Part shown: positions 8,528 to 19,041 of the stretch, piece by piece
Numbering within the stretch: position 1 is the stretch's first letter
How the letters are laid out: every line of letters begins with the position of its first letter
NCBI GenBank assembly: GCA_045863395.1
Contig: BTVJ01000048.1
Location: 1 to 53,955, forward strand
Source of the DNA: Myxococcales bacterium
Lineage (GTDB): Bacteria > Myxococcota_A > UBA9042 > JABWCM01 > BTVJ01
Direction of reading: 5' to 3'
Length of the DNA stretch: 53,955 bases
Made by a program: the position numbers and the translations under genes
Notes under the pieces: model-generated
Told to the model about the DNA's origin: nothing
Databases searched by the model: none
Seen by the model: the letters and a program-made list of their open reading frames with translations, nothing else

Positions 8528-9895
8528 TCATGGCAGCGGCAGGTGCCGGCGCATGAAGTCCAGGGTGGGCTCCACCAGGTAGGTGTGGCCCTCGGTCTTG
8601 GAGATTGTGACCTCCAGGGTGTCCAGCTCCAGCGCGTCCGAGAGCTTCTGGAGCTGCTCGATGCCGTGCTTCCCCCAAGCGCGCAGGATCTTGTCTTTGA
8701 GCCCCTGGGCGACGAGGACGGCCGGGCGCCCCACCCCGAGCCCGAGCCGCGGGCGCTCCAGCAGTGCGTTGGCCACGATGAGGTCCCAGATGGTGATCAC
8801 GCCCTGAAAGGGCTTGATGAGCTGGCACTTGTGGTGGTCGTTCTGCAGGACGTCGCAGGTGTCGATGAGGCCGCTCGATACGATGTAGGCCGACGGGCGG
8901 GGGTCGAGCGCCATGTAGGCGGCCACCTGGGCCCCGTAGGAGAGGCCGCTCACCGCGATGGCATTCACCGCCGGCGTCGCCCCCGCTCCTCCGGGCGGCG
9001 CCACCTCCCACCGGTCCGCCTTGGGGTTGCGCGCCATGTGGAGGCCGGCGAGCAGGGTCACGCCGTGAAAGAGGTCCGTCAGGTTCCAGGTGATGAGGCC
9101 GTTGGCGCTCCCCGGCTTCATGTAGAGGGCGAAGTCCTTGCCGTGGTTGGGCTTGCGGCTGCCCAGCGGGTGGTGCGTCCCCCAGGACACGTTGTCGGCG
9201 GCGAGGACCACGTACCCTGCCTGGGCGAGGCGCAGGGCCATGGCCTTCTGGTAGCCCTCGGGGCGCTCGACCACCTCGATGCGGCCGCCGTCGTGGCCGT
9301 GGATCACCACCGCGGCGGCCCGGGGCGCGAAGGGGGCGCCCGCCGAGACCAGGGGGAGCAGCAGATACGCGGGGACCCGCGCGCCGTCGCCGACGCCGAA
9401 GGTCCCGTCGTAGCGCAGGACGCCGTCGCCGGCCGTGACCCCCTGGGGGCCCGGCTTCCAGGTCGGCGCCGCGCACACGGTGTCGCCCGCCTCGTCGAGG
9501 AGCACGTCCGCGGCCAGGTCGAACACCTGGCGGGCCCATGCCTCGCGCTCCTCCGGCGCGCGCGCGGCGAGCTCCTCGCTGGAGAGCACCCGCTGGTAGT
9601 CGGCGGGGGCCTTCGGGCAGGTGTAGCCCAGGGTGCGCGCTTGGTCGGCGAGGTCGTCGCGGTCGAGGGTGGGCTCGCCCAACTTGGACCACCAGTGGAC
9701 GGAGCAGGCGCCGGGCGTGCCATGCGAGGCGTCCGCGGGCGCGGTCCACTCGGGTCCGGCGTCGCACCCGCAGCGGGGCTCGCCCACGCAGCACCACAGG
9801 AGGGCGCCCGCCGCCACCAGCGCGACGGCGCCCGCTCGGTTGAGATGCCGTCTCACCTGGCGTCGCACCAAGGCCCCCTTCGGAAAGCGGCGCAT
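8528..9895 (-). CDS. Secreted alpha/beta hydrolase (dienelactone hydrolase / acetyl-xylan-esterase-like)
   Basis: VPAYLLLP, VIHGH, LAQAGYVV, nucleophile elbow GLSYG, QGLKD, C-terminal GH. Start approximate. Confidence 0.78.
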   Translation of the reverse strand: MRRFPKGALVRRQVRRHLNRAGAVALVAAGALLWCCVGEPRCGCDAGPEWTAPADASHGTPGACSVHWWSKLGEPTLDRDDLADQARTLGYTCPKAPADYQRVLSSEELAARAPEEREAWARQVFDLAADVLLDEAGDTVCAAPTWKPGPQGVTAGDGVLRYDGTFGVGDGARVPAYLLLPLVSAGAPFAPRAAAVVIHGHDGGRIEVVERPEGYQKAMALRLAQAGYVVLAADNVSWGTHHPLGSRKPNHGKDFALYMKPGSANGLITWNLTDLFHGVTLLAGLHMARNPKADRWEVAPPGGAGATPAVNAIAVSGLSYGAQVAAYMALDPRPSAYIVSSGLIDTCDVLQNDHHKCQLIKPFQGVITIWDLIVANALLERPRLGLGVGRPAVLVAQGLKDKILRAWGKHGIEQLQKLSDALELDTLEVTISKTEGHTYLVEPTLDFMRRHLPLP

Positions 9896-9940
9896 GCTAG
9901 CCCGCGTCCTGGCGGGTGTCCAGCGCACCGTGTGTACGAA

Positions 9941-11119
9941 TCACTCTGCGAAGGCCAGCAGGACGCTCAAGTAGCGGCCCTCGGGGAAGGCGGGGAGCAC
10001 GGGGTGATCCGGGCCGGCGCCTCGGTGCTCCAGGATGCGGACGGAGCGGGCGGCGGCGCGGGCGGCGTCGCGGAGGACCTCGCACAGGTGCTGCTCCGAG
10101 ACGTGGCTGGAGCAGCTCGCGGTCAGCAGGAGGCCGCGCGGGGCCAGGTGGCGGAGGGCCAGCTCGTTGACGCGGCGGTAGGCCGAGAGGGCGCGGTCCA
10201 GGGCGGCGGCGCTCGGTGCCATGCTGGGCGGGTCGACGATGACGAGGTCGTAGGTCGTCCGGTCCTCCTCCAGGAACGCGAAGGCGTCGGCCGCGGCGAA
10301 GCGCCAGCGGGGATCGGCCGGATCGAGGCCGTTCAAGGCGAAGTTTCGCTTCGCCGCCTCGATGACCGGCTCGCCCGTGTCCACGGTGGTCACGCTCGTT
10401 GCGCCTCCAGCCGCCGCGGCTATGGAGAAGCCCCCCGTGTAGGAGAACAGGTTGATGACGGAGCGTCCGGCTGCGAGGGCCCGGACCCGTGCCCGGTTCT
10501 CCCGCTGGTCCAGGTAGAGGCCCGTCTTGTGGCCGCGGGTGGGGTCCGCCTCGAAGCGAAGCCCGTGCTCGCGCACGAGGAGGGGCTGATCGAGCGGCGC
10601 GCCGAGCAGGGTCGTGACCCGCTCGCCCTCGGAGCCCCGCGCCGGGTCCCGCCGCACCACGCGGTTCACGGCGGGCAGCTCGCGGGCGATGGCTCGGGCA
10701 ATGGCGGGCAGCAGGCGCTCCACGGCCGGGGTGTCCGGGCGCAGGACGGCGGTGTCACCATAGACGTCGCACACGACGCCGGGGGTGCGGTCTCCCTCCC
10801 CGTGGAGCAAGCGGAATGCGTCCGTGTCGGAGGGGAGCACCGCGCGGCGCAGGGCGGCGGCGGTGGCGACGCGGGACTCGATGAGGGCGTCGTCGATGCG
10901 TGCGCCACGGTGGTTGGTCCAGATGCGCACCGCGATGGGGGAGGCGGGGTCTGCGATTCCGAGCGCCAGGGGGCGGCCCCGGCGGTCCTGCACGAGTACG
11001 ACGGCGCCGGGCTCGACCGTGGCGGGGAGCAGGACGGAGTCCTGGTAGAGCCACGGGTGTCCAGCGGCGATGGACCGCGCCAGGTCACGCTTCAGGGTGG
11101 CGATGGCAGGTCCTGGCAT
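9941..11119 (-). CDS. rlmI: PUA-domain class I SAM-dependent rRNA methyltransferase, RlmI-like
   Basis: GHPWLY, HGEGD..PG..D.Y, GHKTGLYLDQRENR, NLFSYTGGF, DPPS, SCS, DHP...FPEGRYL; GGAG before ATG 11119. Confidence 0.88.
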   Translation of the reverse strand: MPGPAIATLKRDLARSIAAGHPWLYQDSVLLPATVEPGAVVLVQDRRGRPLALGIADPASPIAVRIWTNHRGARIDDALIESRVATAAALRRAVLPSDTDAFRLLHGEGDRTPGVVCDVYGDTAVLRPDTPAVERLLPAIARAIARELPAVNRVVRRDPARGSEGERVTTLLGAPLDQPLLVREHGLRFEADPTRGHKTGLYLDQRENRARVRALAAGRSVINLFSYTGGFSIAAAAGGATSVTTVDTGEPVIEAAKRNFALNGLDPADPRWRFAAADAFAFLEEDRTTYDLVIVDPPSMAPSAAALDRALSAYRRVNELALRHLAPRGLLLTASCSSHVSEQHLCEVLRDAARAAARSVRILEHRGAGPDHPVLPAFPEGRYLSVLLAFAE

Positions 11120-11439
11120 GGGGTGGCTCCAAGGTGGTGGGCGCGAGCGGCGCGCAGGGCGCATCATTGGCGGGGGCGGCGCCGGGGTCAAGGGTGGGGC
11201 TCGGAGCGGTAACAGCCCTGCGAAGATCGGAAGGACACTTCGGTTGATCGCCGCGCTCCGCGGGCGCGTATACTGCGCCGTCGATCTACGCGCTTGGCCT
11301 GATCGGCTGGCCGCGACTGCGGAAACGATGGCGTGTCGCAGCGCCGCACAAGCGCGGGGTGAACCGGGTACGGCCCCCCTCGCGTGACACACACGGGCCC
11401 CGCCGATTCGTGGGGCAAACACCAGCGGAGGAGAGTGGA

Positions 11440-12813
<1,374 letters not shown>

Positions 12814-12830
12814 GGGAAGCTCTCTCCCCT

Positions 12831-12856
12831 GAGCGCGCTCTCACGAGGGCGCGCTC
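12831..12856. terminator. Probable terminator hairpin between convergent genes
   Basis: GAGCGCGCTCTC / GAGGGCGCGCTC inverted repeat after the 12813 stop, followed by a pyrimidine run. Confidence 0.55.
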
Positions 12857-12920
12857 GCTCTCTCCTCCCCCCAATCTCAGCGACGGACGCCCCTTCGGGG
12901 ACACGCCGCGGGAAGCGGGC

Positions 12921-14360
12921 TCACCCCCGCTCCTCGATCTTCCCCGCAAGCCAGTCCAGGTACACGCCACTCTCCTGGTGTGGCGCCAGCTCCCCGGCCT
13001 CCACCGCCGCCTCCAGCAGGCGCTTCAGCTCGCCGATGCGCCGGCCGGGAGTGAGGCCAAAGCGCTCCATCATGTCGTTCCCGAGGCCCGTCGGCAGGGG
13101 CGGGACCCGGGCGTCCGCCTCGCGGATCGCCGCGATGCGGGCCTCCAGCTCCGCCATCTGGCGCTTGAGCTCCGCCTCGCGCCAGGTGCGCTTCGTCGTG
13201 TAGTCCGCCTTGGAGAACGCGATGAGGTCGTCCAGGTGGGCCTCGAAGTCTCGCATGAGGCGTCGGACGGCGCTGTCCGTCCAGTTGTCTTCGTAGAGGT
13301 TCACCCGGGCGTGGTTCTTGATGACGTAGGACACGCGCTCCGTGGTCTCCGCGTCGAACTTGAGGCGAGCAGCAACACCCTCGAAGAGCAGGGCCCCGAA
13401 CTCCTCGTGGCGGAAGAAGTGGACTTTGCCACCCTTGGTCACCTGGCGGGTCCACACCTTGCCGATGTCGTGCATCAGGGCGGCCCAGCGCACGATCAGC
13501 GTCCGCTCCGCCTTGGCGACGACCTTGAGGGTGTGGTCCCAGATGTCCTTGTGGTGGACCGGGCAGGACTCGTGGAAGCCCACCAGGGAGGCCACCTCTG
13601 GCATGAGGAACTGGAGCACCCGTGTGTCGTAGAGGACCTGCAGGCCTGCCATGACGCCAGGGCCGAGCAGCACCCTGTCCAGGAGCTCCTTCCAGAGCTC
13701 CCGCGGCGTGTCCAGGATGTTGCCCGCGTCTCGCTGGGCGTGGCGGATGAGCTCTGGCGACGGCGCGAAGTCGTAGTGGGATACCCAGCGCGGCACCTTG
13801 AGCAGCATGAGCGCGCTGTCGCAGTAGACCCGATCAGCCGGGAGGACCGTGCGGATGCGTCGTGCCAGCAGGTCCGCGACGCCCCCGAAGGGGTCCACCA
13901 ACGTTCCATCCCCGTCGATGGCGAACGCGTGGATTGTGATCTCGCGGCACGCGAGGTCGAGGGCGATGCCGTCGAGCTTGCGGCTGCGGAGCCAACGCCA
14001 CGGGGGTGGGGTCGTGCGCAGGGTGGCGAGCTGGACCCGGCGCGGCTCTGCGACCCCCGGGACGGGCAGCCAGGCGGAGGGCAGCCGGCGCTCGTCGTCC
14101 ATGCTCTCGCGACCTGCCACTCGCGCGAGGACCTCGCTCTGCACCACGCGGGGCGCGTCGGTGATGATCTCTGCCCAGGAGCGCGCTGGAGCGACCACTC
14201 CGTGCACCGCGTCGCGGGCCACCGGGCCGGTCACCCACGCGCGGTGCCCGGCGGTCGTCAGCGCATCCATGACGGCGGCGACCTCCGCGGGGAGGGCGGC
14301 TCGCAATTGCGCCTGCTCGCGCGGGTCGGATCCGGTGGTCTGCTCGAGCTCCGCTCCCAT
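12921..14360 (-). CDS. CCA-adding/poly(A) polymerase family protein with degenerate NTase site and intact HD domain
   Basis: LVDPFGGVADL..RRIR, HHKDIWDHT, AALMHDIGK, FFRHE, KAD, GNDMM..FGL.PG..IG; GGAG before ATG 14360. Confidence 0.85.
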   Translation of the reverse strand: MGAELEQTTGSDPREQAQLRAALPAEVAAVMDALTTAGHRAWVTGPVARDAVHGVVAPARSWAEIITDAPRVVQSEVLARVAGRESMDDERRLPSAWLPVPGVAEPRRVQLATLRTTPPPWRWLRSRKLDGIALDLACREITIHAFAIDGDGTLVDPFGGVADLLARRIRTVLPADRVYCDSALMLLKVPRWVSHYDFAPSPELIRHAQRDAGNILDTPRELWKELLDRVLLGPGVMAGLQVLYDTRVLQFLMPEVASLVGFHESCPVHHKDIWDHTLKVVAKAERTLIVRWAALMHDIGKVWTRQVTKGGKVHFFRHEEFGALLFEGVAARLKFDAETTERVSYVIKNHARVNLYEDNWTDSAVRRLMRDFEAHLDDLIAFSKADYTTKRTWREAELKRQMAELEARIAAIREADARVPPLPTGLGNDMMERFGLTPGRRIGELKRLLEAAVEAGELAPHQESGVYLDWLAGKIEERG

Positions 14361-14585
14361 CGTCACTCCGCCGTGTCTGGGGCTCCGCCTGCGCCTCCGG
14401 GCGAGGGCGGGCCGACCAACGTAGCGGCCGGGTCCCATGCTGTCAACACGGCCTCCCGCCTCGGGATCAGGCCGTCGGCCCAGGGCCCGAGCGGTCACCA
14501 GGCCGCGCCGTCCCACGCCGCGAAGGCCCGCACCTTCGCCCTGGACTGGTGCGGTGCCCCGCTGCGGCGTATCCTGTCAGGTGCG

Positions 14586-14870
14586 ATGAACGAACACCTC
14601 GCCCCCGACTCCCTGCCCTTCGTGATGGTCCACTGCCCCCGCTGCGCCTGCAAGGTGTTGCCCTGGCACGACCTGGACGAGGGCGGCGAGATCGTGCCCC
14701 GCTGCCTGCGCTGCGATGCACCCCTCCAGCCGTCGCCCAGTGACCTCGCGCTGCGGTTCTCCTGGACCGAGGTGGAGCAGATGGGCTACGGCGAGTCGGA
14801 GCCCGACCGGCTGCGGTCCCGGGGCTGCTCCAGCGGCGGGTGCAGCGGGGCGTGCGCCACGCGATCCTGA
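14586..14870 (+). CDS. Small zinc-ribbon-like protein with Cys/Gly-rich tail
   Basis: CPRC..CLRC pairs and terminal GCSSGGCSGAC; TATCCT -10-like hexamer at 14570-14575. Confidence 0.7.
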   Translation: MNEHLAPDSLPFVMVHCPRCACKVLPWHDLDEGGEIVPRCLRCDAPLQPSPSDLALRFSWTEVEQMGYGESEPDRLRSRGCSSGGCSGACATRS

Positions 14871-14885
14871 AGCGGAGGGGTCCCC

Positions 14886-15734
14886 ATGCTCTTCGAGGTC
14901 ATGCTCCCCCCATCGGATGACGGACAGCGCATCGGCCACACCGTCGTCGTGGAGGCGACCAACTGGCTCGTCGCGCTGCGGGAGGGCGTCGCCGAGCTGG
15001 GCCTCGACCCGCGCATCGAGCGCCGGGGGCAGTGCGAGATCCGCTCCGACCAGAGCGTGACGGTCACCGACCGCAAGCGTGGGACCGTCGTGCACCTGCG
15101 CCTGATCGCGCGCCTCCCCGACGAGCGGTGGGCGGAGGTCGAGCCCGTCGAGCGCCTCCGCCCCCCTGATCGTCCCAACCAGGTGGTGGCCCGGTGCAGC
15201 ACGGAGGAGCTGGACCAGGTGGTGGCCGACGTGCTCGCCCGCCAGGATGTAGACGTGGCCGTCGACGTCATCGACCTGCTGGAGCAGGACCTGGCGGCCA
15301 TGGACGCGCTGCACGGCGACGTGGACCGGGCCTCCAACCTTGCGCTGGAGGTCGCGTTGCGGCACGTCCCGTGCCGGACCGGCTGGGTCATGTTCGTCGA
15401 GGGGGACGCGCTGGTCGTCCAGGCGGCGCGGGGGTCGCGGGCGGCCGTGGCCCTGGATCGGCGCCACCCCTCGTCTCGCGGCCTCTCCGGGCAGTGCGTC
15501 GCGACTGGCCTGGCGACGCTGTCCTCGGCCGCGGAGGGCCCCCTGATGAGCGACGATCTGGCCCACGCCATCGGGCTGACCCCGTCATCGGCGGCGTGTG
15601 TCCCCGTTCGGGCCGGGGGGGAGGTCCGCGGCGTGTTGCAGCTCCTGGACCGCTCCACGGGCGCGTTCAGTGGTCCCGATCTCGCCCTGCTCGGCGAGGT
15701 CGCGGACCACCTGGGGCGCTTCCTGGAGGGCTAG
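14886..15734 (+). CDS. GAF-domain protein with no output domain
   Basis: GGAGG RBS; RGLSGQCV.TG, ACVPV...GEVRGVLQLLDR..GAFS..DLALL GAF signature. Confidence 0.8.
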   Translation: MLFEVMLPPSDDGQRIGHTVVVEATNWLVALREGVAELGLDPRIERRGQCEIRSDQSVTVTDRKRGTVVHLRLIARLPDERWAEVEPVERLRPPDRPNQVVARCSTEELDQVVADVLARQDVDVAVDVIDLLEQDLAAMDALHGDVDRASNLALEVALRHVPCRTGWVMFVEGDALVVQAARGSRAAVALDRRHPSSRGLSGQCVATGLATLSSAAEGPLMSDDLAHAIGLTPSSAACVPVRAGGEVRGVLQLLDRSTGAFSGPDLALLGEVADHLGRFLEG

Positions 15735-15738
15735 GAGT

Positions 15739-16287
15739 TCACGGGCGCGCCCCCAGCCGCCCGAGGGCCGCAGCGATGACGCGGCGGGTCGCCTCGTCGG
15801 GCTCCCGCGCCGCGCGCGCCTCCAGCGCAGCTTGTACCTCAGAGGGCCTGTCCACCCAGCGGAGGGCGCGCGCGGCGGCCTGACGTACGTGGGCCGCGGG
15901 CTCGTCCAGCGCCAGCCGGAGCGTTGCCAGTGCCGCATCCGGGGCGCTGGCGCCGAAGCCCCGCCCGAGGGAGTAGGCCGCTGCGGCGCGCACCACCTCG
16001 TCCCCGGTCGCGGTCAGGTCGATGATGGCAGCGAGCGCCTGCTCGCCGCCGAGGACCGTCAGCAGCGAGACGGCCCGTTGCCGTGGATAGGCACCCAGGG
16101 CCTTGTCTCGGGCTGCGGCAGAGAGCTGGGCCTCGGCGTCGGGGACCGCGGCTCGGAGCTGCGCGGCCGTGGGCACGGAGTCGATGCCCAGGAGAAGCGG
16201 GCGCAGCGCCTCCGATGGAGGCTGAGCCCACACGGAGGGCGAGAGGAGGAGCGCGAGGGCGATGGTCTGAAGCTTCATGCTGCCCAT
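15739..16287 (-). CDS. Secreted HEAT-repeat protein
   Basis: Signal MKLQTIALALLLSPSVWA; repeats DEVVRAAAAYSLG and AAHVRQAAARAL. Confidence 0.78.
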   Translation of the reverse strand: MGSMKLQTIALALLLSPSVWAQPPSEALRPLLLGIDSVPTAAQLRAAVPDAEAQLSAAARDKALGAYPRQRAVSLLTVLGGEQALAAIIDLTATGDEVVRAAAAYSLGRGFGASAPDAALATLRLALDEPAAHVRQAAARALRWVDRPSEVQAALEARAAREPDEATRRVIAAALGRLGARP

Positions 16288-16401
16288 GCTATCGCTCCCC
16301 GCGCGGTGGGTCCACTGCGCCCTCCGGTCCCCGCCGGTGCCGCCGGCGCCTCGTGTCCCCAGCCACTGGGCCACCACCGCGTTCCCCCCCCGTGGGCGCC
16401 T

Positions 16402-18831
16402 CTACAGCGCCTGCCCGAACAGGCCAGCGCCGAGGATGATCAGAGCGTCCTCGATGGCACCGAGCTCGGGCTCGGCGGCCACGGCACCGGCGAGGGCCTC
16501 GTGGACTCGGGCCTGGTGGACCGCGAACGCCGCTACGATGTCGCTCGCGATCTCGTCCGGCGAGCGGCTCGACCGCACCATGGCCCCGATCATCGCGGCG
16601 AGGGTGCTTCGCGCCTGCACGACCTCCGGCATCGCCTCCGCGACGAGCGGCGTCAGCGCGATGTCGGTCCCGGCGAGGCGCTCGGCGATCACGGTGTGTC
16701 GCAGCGTGGTCGAGAACCGCACCCCCGCGGCGGCGATCTCGGCGCGTGATGTCGCGGTCGTGGTGGCCGCGATCAGCGCCTCGAGGGCCTCGTCGATGAC
16801 GGCATCGCTGACGACGAGGAGGCGCACCGCGTCGGCGGCGACGGCGCCGGCGCGGAGCTGAGCCTCTGCGTCGATGCTCCCCTGCGCCACCGACCCGACG
16901 GCGCGCCCTCCCATGGCAGCCTCGAACGCAGCGTTCGCACCAAGCACCGCCATTGCAGCTCCGTGGTCCATCCCGCCCGCGAGGGCGGCGACGCGCGCTG
17001 CCAGGTCGAAGGCACCAGCGGCCGCCGGGATGGCTCCCTCCGCCAGGACCGCCCGCGCCGTGCCGTCAGCGATCAGGGTCGCTAGGAGCACCTGGTCGAT
17101 GCCCTCTGGCGACTCGCCTGGGGCGAGCAGCTCCAGCGTGACGAGGGCCCTCGCAGTGCTGGCCTCGGTGACCAGCGGAGCGACGAAGGTGCCGTCGGAG
17201 ACCCCGCCAGGGACGATGGCAGCTCCCACGATCCCTCCGCTGCTGCTCATCAGCTTCACGATCACGAGGTCTGCCGAGGACCCCGGCGCGACGACGACGT
17301 CCCAGAGGCCGCTGCGTGGGTCGGCGGTCCCGACGCCCAGAAGGTCGAGGGTCCCGTCCTCCCGAACCGCGCCGATGAACGCGGACGCGGCCGTCGACAC
17401 CAGAGGATCCAGCCCGGCTACGAGGCCCTGGGCCCCACCTGCCGGCGCGTCGACGTGCACGACTCCGGTGACTGCGCCGTCCGGGTTGCTCGGGAGCGAC
17501 AGCGCGACGTCCAGCGTCCCGAGGAGGAGCTGGTGGGTGGTCAGCGAGGCCGCCAGGGACGCCGCCCCCGTGGGCGCTGCGCCGCCGGCCGCGTCGACGC
17601 TGGCCCCCTGGATGACCGTCGCGAAGCTCACGTAGGCCTTCCCGATGGCCTCCGGAGACTGCGCCGAGGCCAGCGACGCCTCCAGGGCCGCCTGCGCGGC
17701 CCCCGCCACCAGGGCGAGCCCGCCGGGCGGCCCGCCCCCCTCGATGTGCGCGCGCTCCGCGGCTGCCTTCAGCGCCAGGGCGAGGTCTCTCGCTGCCAGT
17801 CTCAGCGCCTCCGGGGTCCTGGCGTCCTCGACCGCCTGGAAGAAGGAGTCGTAGCCCGCCGCGATGTCCCGGCCGAGCGTGCCAGACGCGTCGACCTGCG
17901 CGGCGGCCTGCAGCTGCTGCCGCATGTGCATCTGGGCGGAGCCCACCATCGCGGCGGCCCGGGCGTGGTCGAGCGCGACCTGCGACAGACCGCCCCGGCT
18001 CGCCTGGCTGATGAGCGCAAATGAAGCCGCCTCGGCGGCGATGGCCTGGCCCGCGATGGCAACGCCCGTCCACTCGGTGATCGCCGCGATCTCTGCGTCC
18101 CGGTAGGCCGCCCACGCGGCGTCGGCCTCCTCTGGCGTCGTCGCCGCCTCGAGCGCCCCGGCGAGCTCTGCAAATGGTGTGGCGCGGATCTGCAGCGTCT
18201 CGGCGGCGGTCGTCCCCGTGGCGCCGAGGGCTCCCATCGCCGCGCGCCACGCGTCGAGGGACGCCTCCACCGCCGGTCCCCAGGGCTCGTCCGTGGACGC
18301 CGCCATCTGCGCGGTGATCGTGTTGGCCACGGCGATGGGGTCGACACCGCTCTGCCACGCCCCGATAGTCCCCCAGGTCTGCGCCTCCACCGTCGTCTCG
18401 CGGCTGATGGGCAGGGTCGTGAGGTGCTCGCCCTCGACCAGCGGGCCGGGGACGAGGGCCACGGCGACGAGGCTGCCCTGCTCGTCCGAGACCTCGACCG
18501 TGAAGGGCTCGTCGAAGGCAGGCACGTCATCGATTCGGAAGGAGCGGTCCGGGGCGATTGTGCCATGCCGCACGATGACGGCCGTGCCGCTCCGCAGGAT
18601 GGCCCTGACGCTCACCGCATCGACACCCGCGGCTCCCAACTCCGCGCCGGGGAGCGCGCGGCTCGCGTGCTGGTAGCCTTCGTCGTTGTCCAGGCGACCT
18701 GCGACGATGCCGGTGCTCGTAGTCTCATCGATCTCGGGCGACGTGCCGACCGCCGGCTCGTCCTCGCCGCAGGCGGGGCCGAGCAGCGCCAGCGCCAGCG
18801 CCCAGCTCCAGGTTCTCTTCGTGCGCATCAT
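16402..18831 (-). CDS. Large Ala-rich lipoprotein with two-fold internal repeat
   Basis: GGAGG RBS; lipobox LGPA-C; two beta-rich + helical modules. Confidence 0.8.
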   Translation of the reverse strand: MMRTKRTWSWALALALLGPACGEDEPAVGTSPEIDETTSTGIVAGRLDNDEGYQHASRALPGAELGAAGVDAVSVRAILRSGTAVIVRHGTIAPDRSFRIDDVPAFDEPFTVEVSDEQGSLVAVALVPGPLVEGEHLTTLPISRETTVEAQTWGTIGAWQSGVDPIAVANTITAQMAASTDEPWGPAVEASLDAWRAAMGALGATGTTAAETLQIRATPFAELAGALEAATTPEEADAAWAAYRDAEIAAITEWTGVAIAGQAIAAEAASFALISQASRGGLSQVALDHARAAAMVGSAQMHMRQQLQAAAQVDASGTLGRDIAAGYDSFFQAVEDARTPEALRLAARDLALALKAAAERAHIEGGGPPGGLALVAGAAQAALEASLASAQSPEAIGKAYVSFATVIQGASVDAAGGAAPTGAASLAASLTTHQLLLGTLDVALSLPSNPDGAVTGVVHVDAPAGGAQGLVAGLDPLVSTAASAFIGAVREDGTLDLLGVGTADPRSGLWDVVVAPGSSADLVIVKLMSSSGGIVGAAIVPGGVSDGTFVAPLVTEASTARALVTLELLAPGESPEGIDQVLLATLIADGTARAVLAEGAIPAAAGAFDLAARVAALAGGMDHGAAMAVLGANAAFEAAMGGRAVGSVAQGSIDAEAQLRAGAVAADAVRLLVVSDAVIDEALEALIAATTTATSRAEIAAAGVRFSTTLRHTVIAERLAGTDIALTPLVAEAMPEVVQARSTLAAMIGAMVRSSRSPDEIASDIVAAFAVHQARVHEALAGAVAAEPELGAIEDALIILGAGLFGQAL

Positions 18832-18890
18832 GGGTACACCTCCATCCCCCAATTTCCCGGGAGCTGCCCGGGGAGCTTGGGCGGTGCAAA

Positions 18891-18906
18891 AGCAAGCGCC
18901 GCGCCA
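18891..18906 (-). promoter_or_regulatory. Sigma54 (-24/-12) promoter for the 809-aa lipoprotein
   Basis: Minus strand TGGCGC-GGCGC-TTGCT versus consensus TGGCAC-N5-TTGCW, 60 bp upstream of the start. Confidence 0.8.
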
Positions 18907-18986
18907 TGTGCGCCCTGGTGTGGCGGAGTCCTGTAGTTTCAACCGACTGCGCAGTGTACAGACCCTCACGCCGCGGCCGCACCGCG

Positions 18987-19041
18987 TGTGCGCGCACGGC
19001 GCCCGGGGCTGCAATGGGCTGTGCGCGCACGGCGCCCGGGG
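18987..19041. repeat. Two 22-bp direct repeats with palindromic core (candidate enhancer/UAS)
   Basis: TGTGCGCGCACGGCGCCCGGGG at 18987-19008 and 19020-19041 (33-bp period); core GTGCGCGCAC is a palindrome. Confidence 0.75.

Noticed and set aside
8306..11212. Long 968-aa plus-strand ORF and similar ones (6955, 24515, 28798, 39191, 42145, 50115)
   Set aside because: Shadow frames of well-supported genes; expected in high-GC DNA and lacking motifs.
11280..11430. c-di-AMP riboswitch (GGGGTGAA segment)
   Set aside because: Other hallmarks such as CAGCTAAC are absent.
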